A stretch of DNA of 63,981 nucleotides, filler included, from Octopus bimaculoides (GCF_001194135.2; 6 parts of 6 records of this genome joined end to end with filler, not necessarily neighbours in it), one strand, 5' to 3'; numbered from the whole stretch's first letter, positions 11,868 through 24,279 are shown. Translations and numbers: made by a program. Notes: generated by a model not told the origin, from the letters alone.

Positions 11868-13816
11868 ATGGCTACAGTTAGAGTTGGCTGTGTAAATGTT
11901 CGGGACCGGGGTTCGGCTTGGAAGCAGGATCACATGCTCAACGATCTCTAAATTAAGATGTGACAGCAATTAGTGAGACGAGAATTGCCGGGAAACATGC
12001 TCTTGAAAACATTTTTGAAGACTACGAGGTATTCTCATCTTGTGATCTGTCGGGAGCGGGTAGCGGTGTAGCAAAATTATTAGGTCGAAAAGTAAGGGCA
12101 ATCGTCTTGGACCTGGACGGTAGGTTGGTGGTCCTAGATGCGAATGGCGGTGAAGGTACTACCTTTATATTGATGGACGTGTATGCTCCCACAGGGGCTG
12201 GAAGACCAGATTTCTTCAGGTGTCTAGAAACATTCTTGGGAACGTCTCGCACTTTAGTACAAGTGGGGGAGTCGAATAGTATTTCGGACGCGCGGAGCGA
12301 ATTGGGGGTTCAGTACATAAAAGAAGGGGGAGTAAAAGCCTCGAAAACCTGCTCAGAAACTTCCAGCTTTCTGACAGTTATTGATCCAATTTCCCTGATA
12401 TACCAGTGTGGACATGGAGCAATCACAATGGGTGATCCAGATCGTATCCAGATAGAGTATTTGTTAGGTCACCGGATAAGAATCGTATAGGGTGCCCACA
12501 ATTCAAATTGTTCGGCTTCACAGACCACAAATTTGTGATCTGCACAGTCGATATAGATACGATACGTAGACAGGGATCCGGTTACTAAAAGTTGAAAGCA
12601 TACTTTCTGACGTGTAAAGACTACAGGGGCCGGATTAGCGAACTAGTTAATGTTCTTGTGGAAGGGACGTGTTCCAATGGTCAGGCGGTCAATCTGCTGT
12701 CAGCTCCATCTGAATGGCGGCTTAGGCATGCCGAGGCTTTTGATGCGCAGACATACGTTTAGGTTGAGCCACCTGCAACGATTTCTAGAAGCTGAACGTG
12801 AGTGGGCTCCGTTTTTCACGCACATATTTCCGCAACTCGCCACTTTGACGGAGCTACAGTCCTGGGTGAAGGATAGACCAAGACTGGACTTCTGGCACTT
12901 AAAATATCGTCAGTCGCTTACTACCCTCTGCCGGTCGAGAAATAGGATCAATGCATGTTCCAGTTTAGCTATATATAGAGAATTAGTGGCGACGTCCTAT
13001 GGGATCCTCTCAGCGTTGACTTAGATGAACTGACTAGTCTGTTCCAGAAGGCTTTCAGTTTGGGGACTATTATAGATAATTTCCAGATGTTTTTGGCTTG
13101 GGAGTGGTACCGGATGCGGGGTGGTACCGGACGCGCGAAGGGCGACGAAACCGTTCTGCATGCACTCGTTCAGCGTCCGGCAATTGCTGACTCGTGGAGT
13201 TATGCCGATCAGCTGCTTGGCGTGTGGGACGGGTCAGTCTGTCGTCCGAGTCAATAGTGATGATTGCCCCGCCGCCCTCCTTTAACCGAGCAGGCAATGC
13301 AGTTTTCCTTTGTCTGGTTGCTGTGGCAAAAAAAGTCCGGTGGACTAAGCCGAAAGGAATGAGGACAGAGACATCCCATTTTGGTAAAGCCCTCATCGAC
13401 TTTTACAAGTTTCACTTGAAAAGGAAAGTGAGGGTGGAGAAGGAGGTGCTGTACTCGAGTGAATTTATGAAAAGCTAGGTGAAAGTTGCGAAAATAGCAA
13501 GAGTGGATGGTACCACTCTCAGTGTAGAGTTGTGAGTCGGAGGAAAGGTATCGGAAAAGGTATTTGCCCGTGGTATTCATGGTGATCTTGGATGGTGGGG
13601 TTCCTCGATTATCCCTAGAGGTCCTCCTTGATAAGGAAAATCCACTTCAGAATTTTTTTCTTATTACTGTATACTTCTTTTCTTTTTATATATACTGTGT
13701 GTACTTCTTTTTTTAAAATTTTTATTTATATATCACTCCATTGTGTGTAAACCCGAACACTTTATGTCTGTCTTTGTATTGTCCCCCTCATTTTCACCCT
13801 GGTGGCAAATAACACA

Positions 13817-13857
<41 letters not shown>

Positions 13858-13880
13858 TAATAATAATAATAATAATAATT
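11868..13880 (+). mobile_element. L1/Tx1-clade LINE ORF2 relic: AP endonuclease plus C-terminus, RT absent, (AAT)n tail
   Basis: MATVRVGCVNVR, ISETR, GSGVAKLL, GRLVVLD, DVYAP, FTDHKFV and GSGY*KL are APE motifs. They are followed by FLWKGRVPMVRR..GGLGMP and ETVLHALVQRP. The Pro-rich frame at 11734-11842 may be the end of ORF1. Confidence 0.85.
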
Positions 13881-13903
13881 ATTATTATTATTATTAATAT
13901 CAA

Positions 13904-14130
13904 GGCGGCGTGCTGGTAGAATCGTTAGCCCGCTGGGCGAAATGCTTAGCGGCATTTCGTCTGTCGCTACGTTCTGAGTTCAGATACCACCGAGGTTGAC
14001 TTTTCCTTTCAATCTTTCGGGGGCGATTAAATATGTACCAGTTACGGACTGGGGTCGATATATTCGACTTAATCCCGTCTCTCAAATTTCAGGCCTTGTT
14101 CCTACATTAGAAAGGATTATTATTATTATT
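13904..14130 (+). mobile_element. SINE family B, full length, CpG-rich
   Basis: tRNA-like head with A/B-box-like motifs and an (ATT) tail. Confidence 0.9.
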
Positions 14131-14690
14131 AACAATGTTCATTTCCGTCGCTGAATATGTTTTTGGACCCGCGTAATTCTATTTGTTAATTTTATTGGTT
14201 CGTCTTGTTGTTAAGCTGATAGCACTATAAAGACATGGTTAGCTTCCTTTCTTATTGCTTCCTAGCGGCGAAATTTTGAAAATACAATTTGTAAACAAAA
14301 ACAAATACATTCCAACTTCGCTGCCAGGAGCTCGTGTTTGTCGGCAAACCAATAGAGAAATACACAGTTCCAAGCTTTTGAGCAATGTCCAGCAACACTA
14401 ACAGCAGCAACAAGAACTTGAAAAACAACAGTAACAACAACAACAATTACAATTGCTGCAACAATAATGGCGTGTAAAATGCTTTTAGATCAGATAATAG
14501 CGGTAAATTCCCTTGCCGTCGCCAGGTCACTTAGTGGTGAATGAGTAGTGGTTGTTGACACCTCTCCCGCACTATTAACTAATAATAACTAATTAATCAT
14601 AATTAACAATAACACTAATGATAACTAATTCTAGCAGCAGCAATGCAGCCGTTGCTCTCACAACTATAATAAGCAATGAGGGCAGCAACA

Positions 14691-15548
14691 AAATCAAATC
14701 AGCGTCAAGGGCATTAGAAAAAGTACAACAAAAACAGCTTCTATGCTGACTAAAAATACTGTACAAAATACTGTATTTGGAACAAGCATTTAAACATAGA
14801 AAATGTACAACAAAAACAGCTTCTTTGCTAACTAAAAATACTGTACAAAATACTGTATTTGGAACAAGCATTTAAACATAGAAAATGTACAACAAAAACA
14901 GCTTCTTTGCTAACTAAAAATACTGNNNNNNNNNNNNNNNNNNNNNNNNNNNNNNNNNNNNNNNNNNNNNNNNNNNNNNNNNNNNNNNNNNNNNNNNNNN
15001 NNNNNNNNNNNNNNNNNNNNNNNNNNNNNNNNNNNNNNNNNNNNNNNNNNNNNNNNNNNNNNNNNNNNNNNNNNNNNNNNNNNNNNNNNNNNNNNNNNNN
15101 NNNNNNNNNNNNNNNNNNNNNNNNNNNNNNNNNNNNNNNNNNNNNNNNNNNNNNNNNNNNNNNNNNNNNNNNNNNNNNNNNNNNNNNNNNNNNNNNNNNN
15201 NNNNNNNNNNNNNNNNNNNNNNNNNNNNNNNNNNNNNNNNNNNNNNNNNNNNNNNNNNNNNNNNNNNNNNNNNNNNNNNNNNNNNNNNNNNNNNNNNNNN
15301 NNNNNNNNNNNNNNNNNNNNNNNNNNNNNNNNNNNNNNNNNNNNNNNNNNNNNNNNNNNNNNNNNNNNNNNNNNNNNNNNNNNNNNNNNNNNNNNNNNNN
15401 NNNNNNNNNNNNNNNNNNNNNNNNNNNNNNNNNNNNNNNNAAATCAAATCAGCGTCAAGGGCATTAGAAAAAGTACAACAAAAACAGCTTCTTTGCTGAC
15501 TAAAAATACTGTACAAAATACTGTATTTGGAACAAGCATTTAAACATA
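14691..15548. repeat. 82-bp minisatellite spanning an N gap
   Basis: GTACAACAAAAACAGC recurs at 14723, 14805 and 14887 (period 82) and again after the gap. Confidence 0.85.
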
Positions 15549-16700
15549 AGTACTGACAAGTAAAGAGCTGCATATGTGAACATCGTAGCTCTTAAATAAA
15601 CTGTGAAATACAGATAATAATTAAAGTTTGGAAAGGCATAGACTGAAGCAACTCTCCTAGAAGAAGCTAAGCTATGCTTGAAAAGCATCTGGAATGGTAT
15701 AAACATTATTACTCTGCTTTTCTTTATTGCTATGCATCTAGATCCCACCCCCAACACTCTACAGTCTAATTTCAACTTAAACGGGGCTGAAAGATATCAG
15801 GTTAAATATTGCAAATATATTTTGTGTTCAGGGCATTGCGTATATATATTTCTTATTTACTAGTTTGAGTTCGAGAGCTGCGGCCATGCTGGGGCGCCAC
15901 AGTAATGTTCATACATTTTAAATAACTTCGCTATTTTATTGAAATATTTTGCATTATTATATTTTCCACTTAATAAAGAAAGAAGACAGCATAAATATTT
16001 ACGGCTATTAGCTGAAACTGTAAGCAATCAGGTAGAATGCTTTATTTCCTACTCTGTTCAAGTTTTAAACCATGTCGAGGTAGATTGTTCGTGTTGTTGA
16101 TTCTATTAAAAACAAAATTGCTACTCAATACTGGATTTATAAAATCTGCTACCCCGATTTTCAATTGTTTTAACTTGTGTTAAAATTCATATTATTAATA
16201 ACAGCGCTACAGATTATTAGAAATACGAAGCTGTAATACAATTATCAAGATTATTATTATCGTCATCATTCTCTTTATATCATTATCGTCATTATTCTCT
16301 TTATAGCAATATATATTCGTTTAACACAAGAGAGTAACATTTTGCAGTGTGATACAGCATCGAATTAAAAAACTTTAACTGCCAGAAAACAATTGTAATT
16401 ATTCTTTAATATAACAAACAATTAAAAAAAAAAATTATTACGTTGTTTCTTTAGATGATATATTCATTGCATTCGTTGCGTCAATATGTCGTCACTACTA
16501 TACATATACAAAATATCTTCACCTAGTTTTGTATACATATTGAAGATTTGTATGCCAGATATATTCAGCGGAATGATTAAGCAAAGAAAACAAACAAAAA
16601 TGGGAATTTAGCATTGAGTAAGAATGACAATCAGAGTGTAAGATGATTCACGAGATTTTTCGTTTTAGGTAGGTGTAAGTTCATTTATATATACACAAAT

Positions 16701-16865
16701 AGGCACAGCTGTGTGATAAGAAGTTTGCTTCCCAGCCGCATGGTTCCGGGTTCAGTACCATTGCGTGACACCTTGCGTAAGTGTCTTCATCTATAGCCTC
16801 GGGATGACCAAAGCCTCGTGGGTGGATTTGATTGACGGAAACTGAAAGACGCCCGTATGTATATA

Positions 16866-16896
<31 letters not shown>

Positions 16897-17110
16897 ATGT
16901 CTTTGTGTCTGTGTTTGTGCTCTATCACTGCTTGACAACCGGTGTTGATGTGTTTACGTCCCCGTAACCTATTGGTTCAGTATAAGAGACCGAAAAATAA
17001 GTACTAAGCTTGCAAAATAAGTTCTAGGGTCGATTTCTTCGTCTAAAACCCGTCAAGGCGGTGCTCCTGCAAGACCGCCGTCAAATGACTGAAACAAGTA
17101 AAAGAATAAA
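16701..17110 (+). mobile_element. SINE family A (tRNA head, CORE-like domain, internal TA/TG tract), full length
   Basis: GGTTCAGT B-box and ACCTTG(G/C)G(C/T)AAGTGTCTT CORE-like segment, with tail GACTGAAACAAGTAAAAGA. Confidence 0.9.
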
Positions 17111-17279
17111 GGATTAACAGAATACTCGTGAGACTCGTGGGAATTCCATAGAACGAAAAAGATTAAGAGAAGCTATTGAAGAAAGACAGGATGAATTGCA
17201 TTTTTATTTTTATTTTCCTAAGTTATTTTACTCCCAGTCACAATAATATATGATTTTATATGCACTTTATATTTCTGTC

Positions 17280-19200
17280 TTTTTCTCTACCTCTTCAACT
17301 AACTTTTTAACCATGTAATTTCCCTCTTCATGTCATTAGCATTTCTCTCTTTCTCTTCACCTCTCACTTCCACTAACCAAACGAGTGACAGTATATCTTC
17401 TCTCTCACTCACCATCGCATTCTCTCTTCCTCTTTCTCACTTCCTCCTCCTCATCCTCCTCTCTAACAAGCCATAATATTCTTCTTCTACGAACAAGTAG
17501 AAGAATAATAAAGATTTAGATCAATAAGAAAATATTGTTTATTATAAACACACCATCACTACCACTATAGTTCTCAGTAACAAATCTCATTTCATTTCAA
17601 TTCAGTTCAGCTGCTTGTTTATATCTACTTTTTCTTGCTGTCAACGTATCTCTACCCTGACAATGCAAATTCAACCTCTCTGTCTGTCTCTCAAATTAAC
17701 TGGCCTCCCTGTCCATCTCTCTCTCTATCTGCCTTTCTTTAACCTCACCACCAGAACATCACACTCTGTTAAATATTGTATCCTAAACATCTCTCTCTCT
17801 CTCTCTTTACAATTACCTTCCCACCCTACCGCACGTCGTTAACACTTCTCTCTACCTCTTTTCTCTTGCCGGCTTTTTCTCCCACTCTTTGCCTCTCCCT
17901 TCAACTAACCACGTGATGCATTTGGCCTTAGTGTAGTATTATACTTTTCTCTTCTTTCTTTTCTACTCACATTCTTTCTTCTCACTCGCCCACACTTTTA
18001 TTCTAACTCTCACACACTCCAACTCCAACTCCACCTCTCTCACTAACTAAAGTGCAACGGCCGAACGAACAAGCAGATTATTATATTGATGTATAATTAA
18101 ACCTTTGTTTGTCAAGCAGGTTTAGTGCTTGACCCAACAAAATGTTGGATGAAGCCCAAACATGCCTTAACTATAATTCCATAACCTCGCCACGCATTAG
18201 AAATATCGATTCTTTCAATTTTTTAAAATTTCCGTTAACTCTCTTAAATTGGGTTAAAATTGCATATACTTTATGTTAAAACATTCGTTGTATTATAACC
18301 TTTGCTTTCGTAGCATAATATTTTATAGCATATTAATTAATAATTATAACAATAATAAAATCCTTTTAAAACTCTTTCAAGAACCTCTTCATATTTACAT
18401 TTCAGTTGCCTCTCTCTGTTACACTCTCCCTCCTCCTACTGCTCTACAATCCTCTCTTTCTCTCTTAAAGTTCCTCCTCTGTCTCCCTGACATGCTTTAC
18501 TAACCTTTCTTTCGTGCCTGCTCTACCTATTCCTCTTCCACTTTTCTTCTTTCTATGTTTCTTTACTCTCTCTCCTACTTACTCCCCACCTCTTTCTTTT
18601 AGCCATCCTCTCTATATATTTATCACTCTCTCATGCGCTCTCTTTCTCTGCCTTTCCCTCTGTGTCTTCTCTTTGCTTTTCTCTCCTACACTCTGCCTTT
18701 TTCTATATTTGTTTACTCTGTTTACAACTTATTCTCTTTCCCTCTCTGTCAATTCTCTTTTAATCCTCCTGTCTATCCATGAGTCCTCCCATCTCTCTAT
18801 ATCTGTCTGTCTGTCTCTCTACTTTACTCTTACTTATCGTCTCCCACTCTTATTTCTATATTTGTTTACTCTCTCTTCTACTTATTCTCCTCCTCCTTCT
18901 GTCAGTCATCCCCACTTTATATATCTATCTTTCTATCCGTCTCTCTATCGGTCTGTCAATCAGTCAGTTAGTCTGTCTGACTGTTTGTCTGTCTGTCCTT
19001 GTGTCTCTACCTTTCCGTCTTTCTCTTCGTCATTTCCTTTATCCTTCTCTCTTGCACTCTTTCTCCTCCTACTGCTGTATCTGCATCTCTTTCTCTCTTA
19101 CATTTCTTTCTCTATCTCTCGAACAAGCTTTATTACCCTTTCCTTCCTGTCTACCCTACCTATTCCTCATAACACCAGAGAAGTTAAACCGCCCACCAGG
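17280..19200. repeat. Pyrimidine-rich low-complexity tracts
   Basis: The CT-rich plus strand produces the L/S/F-rich spurious ORFs at 18514 and 18779. Confidence 0.7.
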
Positions 19201-19744
19201 TCATGTCTTTTCTCTGGTTATGCCTTGTCTTGTTTCTAGTGATCATCACCAGGTCAAATTAAGTAACTTTATGTCAAATTTCTCGTTCATTAATTATATT
19301 AGTACTTTTGTTTCTTTTAACTGGGCTGAAGGGTAATCTGAATAGCGTAAAAAGAGGGAGCTACATGTGTTATGTGAGACAACGTGGTCGCTTTAACTTT
19401 AAGACATAGCAGCCAGATTTCCCTCAAATAACTTCCTACTGTCTCTTAGAAAAGACGCATTTGATGATGTATTTCTAGGCATACTGTATCAGAAATACAA
19501 AATGGATGCTGAAGCTGAAACATCCTTGAACTTAGGTCTGCTAGCTCAGGAGATGTTTGAACCCAAATAATTAGATATATTTTCTGTACGTTATAGAATA
19601 AAAATTAAAAATCAGTGGTGGCCTTTCCCTCATAAAGACCAACATAATGCGGGGTTGAACCAGAAATTGGGCTAACAATGACAATGGTATTTGAATGATA
19701 ATCAAAATAATATATGATGTAATATAATCTTAAAAACAAGAAAT

Positions 19745-20242
19745 TTAAATAGAAAAAATGTTCTGTTTTACAATGAACAGGTTCAACAAAATTGTCACGT
19801 GTTAAATTTTTCTAAAAGACAATTGTTGTTTTATAGAGAAAGATTTAATAAAGTGTTGAGCTTCCAAAATTTAGAAACTAGAATGGAAAAAAAAACTTAA
19901 TTGGCATTTTGTTGCATTTTTTTAAATGCTCGTCTCATTAGCAAATACATCTTGTTTTTAAAGGTGGTGAGTTGCCAGTATTTCAATCTCCTTTTTTTTA
20001 ACAAATGAAAATTTGTTGCGGAGGTAGAGAACTGTTTATTATTAAAAATAGGGTTTTCAAAAAAATGTAACAAAATGCCAATTAACTTTGTTTTTTTTTA
20101 TTTTTTCGATACTAACTTTTGAAGGCTCAACATTTAATGAAACATTTTTCTGTAAAACAGCATTTTTTTTTTTGGAAAAATTTAAAGTCTGGATATTTTG
20201 TTGACCCCCTTTTCTGTAAAACAGGACATTTTTTCCATTTAA
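19745..20242. mobile_element. Foldback/MITE-like element with ~180-bp imperfect inverted arms
   Basis: TTAATTGGCATTTTGTTGCATTTTTTT (left) pairs with AAAAAAATGTAACAAAATGCCAATTAA (right); the arms align out to 19745 and 20242. Confidence 0.7.
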
Positions 20243-20256
20243 TATAGTTATCTAAG

Positions 20257-20280
20257 TATGTATGTATGTATGTATGTATG

Positions 20281-20315
<35 letters not shown>

Positions 20316-20488
20316 ATTATATATATATATGCTATATTATATGTGCATACATGCTGGCGGCTTATATATATTGTTATTTAGGAGGATGGTCATCTTTTGC
20401 TAATAAACGCACGCAGTATTTACTTGATCTTCACCTTCTTCTTCTTCTTCTTCTTCTTCTTCTTCTTCTTCTTCTTCTTCTTCTTCTT

Positions 20489-20559
<71 letters not shown>

Positions 20560-20572
20560 CATTATTATTATT
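20257..20572. repeat. (TATG)n(TATC)n and (CTT)n(ATT)n microsatellites
   Basis: Direct reading. Confidence 0.9.
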
Positions 20573-20589
20573 TTAAAAAGGATTGACGT

Positions 20590-21895
20590 AACTCTTCACA
20601 ATGGTAAACAGTCAAGACCAAGAGCGCGATTCGATTGTAATATATATTTTATTGGTTGAACGATATTTCAACAGTACGTCTGTTTTTGTCAAGTTCAAAA
20701 TAAGAAGTGATAAACATTCAAAATTATAGAAATTTAAACGTAAAGTATGAACGAGAGTAACCAGCGTCCACACGTTGACGGAATGATATCATCACTCTTT
20801 AAGATTCAATTTTATAACTGGTGAAAAGAGAAAAGACAGAAAGAGAAGAAAGAAAAAGAGAAAAGAAGTATATTTAATCAAACACTTTGTATGAATTTGA
20901 TGATATTCTCATGTCATTTTATTCATTCCTCCAGGGCATGATGTTAATAACCCGCAAACATATTTCTCCACATGCACTCTGAGAAGTGAAATTGAAACCG
21001 ATTCAGAATATTTTCTGAGAATATGCACTTTCAAGTTTTTTTTCATAATTGCAGCCGTTTGAAACGAAATATTCGGCAAGTTCTGTCGAACTACTGTTAT
21101 TGTGCCTGACATCGAATCTGTGCCCATTAAACCTTTTGTTTAATTGTTCTGTTGTACAAGCAACATAAATCAAGTTGTGTTTCGAGCATTCTGCTGCGTA
21201 CACCAAATGGGAATCTCTATATGTCCCACCGTCTGTATAAATCATAGCATTCCTGTTATGATTCCTAATGAAATTCACTTCACTCATGTCGTTGCATAAT
21301 GAACAGCGCTTACCTCTCTTGCAGCTGTTTTTCAAGGTACAGCATGCAGATGCTCCAATTTTCGTTTTCTTCGAGTCAGAAGTAGAGGTCAATTATATAC
21401 TCTTATATTCTTATGCCGTCTAAAGGCTACATTAGGCGGCTGAGGAAATATCTGTTTGAAAGGAGGATATTTTTTCGCCACATGCTGGTAACTTTCATGC
21501 AACACTTTTGAAATGCCAGCGAAATTTCGGTGCCAGTTAATCACTAAAGGAATTCTGTAATCTATTTATTGTGTTTGCTAAAATTATGCGTGAAGGTTTG
21601 ACTATCTTTGCTAACCTTAGCTATTTCATTTGCTATTTCCTTTAATTGTGATTCACTGTAACTGCGTTTGATATAATTATGTACAAAATGATTTGCATGT
21701 TTCCAGTAATCCCCTATGTCAAGACAAATCTGTTTTATCTTCAAAAATTGGAATTACGGATTTGACCGAATAATATGATGTGGATGATCGGAGCGGAGGT
21801 GGAGAAAAATGTGGGATGATGTGGGCTTGCAAAATAACTGTCATTATTCTGCCTCCTGAAAACTTGACTTTTGTGTCCAAAACTTCAACGCTAGT
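20590..21895 (-). mobile_element. Penelope-like element 3' fragment (RT C-terminus, GIY-YIG endonuclease, pLTR relic)
   Basis: EVLDTKVK and KIKQIC...RSYS (PLE RT thumb), then CSLC...HLVYAAECSKHNLIYVACTTEQLNKRFNGH (GIY-YIG) and PGGMN end motif. Confidence 0.85.
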
Positions 21896-21909
21896 TATGT
21901 TGGGCGACG

Positions 21910-22333
21910 TTTTTGCTCTGCCAAGACCATACTTGTTGCAAAAGTGTCCAATGGACAAGCCTTGCTATATAGTCGTGGCGTCTCTTATATTAATTCTGGG
22001 CTAGTAGTGTACATTGGCTGGTAATATGCCATACGGTTTCAGCGTTTTGTCCACAGATTCTGCACTTATCACTTTTTGATGTGTTATCTTCTCTATTTTA
22101 TGTAGTTTGTCCTTAATGCTTGCTCTTGGCCAGCATAGATTAGAGCCTCCATTTCCGGTTTTAAATCACTTTTAGTCTTCCACAGCCATCTTTTGAAAGA
22201 TTGCAAAGATAAAGCACTGTACAAGCAATTGAAAACGAATGACACTGAAAATAGATAGGTAAAGAAAAGAAAGCATGGACAATTTCATAAGGATGTTGAA
22301 GAAAAGGTAGAAAGGGAAAAAAGATTGCTGTCG
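21910..22333. mobile_element. Dong/R4 zinc-knuckle fragment with inverted 5' segment
   Basis: Minus 22194-21910 reads KRWLWKTKSDLKPEMEALIYAGQEQALRTN...CRICGQNAETVWHITSQC. Plus 22202-22333 reads KHGQFHKDVEEKVEREKR. Confidence 0.8.
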
Positions 22334-22402
<69 letters not shown>

Positions 22403-22407
<5 letters not shown>

Positions 22408-23946
22408 TCTTTCGTTACACAGTGTAGATAAAAAATTCTCCGGAGTCTTTAGTCATCTGTCAAGTTTCAACAAATACCTTTCTCAGATAATACTTTCCCT
22501 CAGATGTGCACTGTGCCCAATAATGCTGCTTTTTGCATGACATCAATCTTGCATGGGATTTCTAGTTGCCTTAAGAAGTCTTGATGTTTCAATGGTATTG
22601 AGCCCAACGCTCCGATCAGCACTGGTATAGATTTTACATTACCCACTCGCATTCCGTACAGTCTTGCCATTTCCACTTTCAAATCGGAGTATTTGGTGAT
22701 TTTTTTCAACCTCTTTACTCACAACAGTCCTGTCATTTGGTATGGCTACATCAATGATCTGACGGAATTTGTCTCTCTTATTCAATATGACAGTAACCGG
22801 CCGACGATGTTGGATTACACCATCCGCCTGAAAATCATAGTCCCAGAGTATCGTTACTTTTCCATCCTCCTGCGTAACTTTACTTGGTACATCCTCATAC
22901 CAGTTCTCTGCTACTTCATATTGCTATTTATGGCATTAGAGCCAATGAAGATACACACACATACTTTATCGTGGCGGCGTTTGTATTCCTTTTGAGCAAG
23001 GCTCTCACATTCACTAACCAAGTGGGTCATATTTTCCACACTCTTTCCACAGTCTGCATTTCTGGGTATCAGAAATTTTATAGATGTTATACTTCACTGA
23101 ATTGGTAGCGAGAGCTTGGTCTTGTGCAGCAGTGACAGGCTTTCGGCGGTACGCTTCAAGTCAGCTCGCTTAAGCCATGCCCACGATGCTATATTATCCT
23201 TAACGTCTTCATTTCAAACTGCCCATGTATTCTCATTTCAAGGTATTCTTTTCTCCTCTTTTCAGCTCTTCGGTTAAACTCTTCCTTGCTATTTATTCAA
23301 TCTACATTTACACCCATATCTTTCGCGGCGTATTGCAGCAGGTCTTCATCACTATTTATCAAATACTCGGAAAGCGTTCTCCTTTCACTCCTTATATAAT
23401 GCTCTATACTAATTAGTCCTCTGCCGCCGTTCTTTCTTTTCATACACAGTCTGTTTACGTTTGTTTTAGGGTGTAGCTCCCCAAGCAGCGTCATCAACTT
23501 TCTTGTCCTTCTATCCAGTGTTGATATTTCCTCCGTAGTCCATTTGAGGATGGACGCACTATATCTGACCACCGCAACTGCCCAGATATTCATTGCGGTA
23601 ATCAAATTTTTAGCATTCAGGTTGGATTTCAACACCATCTTCACACTTTTTTGATACGCCTCGCTAACCTTGACTTTCATTTCTCTGTGTAAAATGTCAT
23701 TCAGCTCCCAAATCCCTAAATATTTATACCCACTACCGTCGGGTTTACCTATGGTCTCTCCTGAAGGTAACCGCAATCTTCTGCAGGTTGCTTTCTTCCT
23801 TCTTTTCATATCAAGTACTGAGCATTTGGTAATCCCAAATTCCAGACCATTGTCCCTACCACACTTTTGAACTGTTTTGGTTAAGGAATCTGTTTTTCAG
23901 ATTTCCCACACAATTTCAGGTCATCCATAAACAGAAGATGGTTCAG
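22403..23946 (-). mobile_element. Dong/R4 LINE, 5'-truncated within RT, flanked by (ATT)n on both sides
   Basis: HLLFMDDLK, YKYLGIWE...GGRGLISIE, REL region IIDVAIPND and GALGSIP...QKAALLGTVHI. Confidence 0.9.
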
Positions 23947-24029
23947 TGATTATTATTATTATTAATATTTATATTGTTATTATTGTTTTACTTCACAGAA
24001 TAACAGGCACTCTCCTCATAGTCCACATT

Positions 24030-24177
24030 CTTAATGCGATACGGTGCAGGTGTTGTCAGATGGACGGAGAACGAGTTTGAGGTAGTGGACAGGAAAACTA
24101 GAAAAGTGATGACAATTGACAAGGAACTACATCCCAAAAGCAATACTGAGAGACTCTATATGCCTAGACACAGGGGT
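24030..24177 (+). mobile_element. Short Dong/R4 internal fragment followed by (TTC)n
   Basis: RYGAGVVRWT..DRKTRKVMTIDKELHPKSNTERLYMPR. Confidence 0.75.
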
Positions 24178-24279
24178 TACCATTCTTCTTCTTCTTCTTC
24201 TTCTTCTTCTTCTTCTTCTTCTTCTTCTTCTTCTTCTTCTTCTTCTTCTTCTTCTTCAACATGTTGCACAGTATCCCAT

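Noticed and set aside
14723-15548. CRISPR-like periodic array
   Set aside because: A eukaryotic tandem repeat with no unique spacers and no cas genes.
19455-19550. C/D snoRNA- or SECIS-like hairpins
   Set aside because: No terminal stem for a C/D snoRNA, and the SECIS AA and GA positions are wrong.
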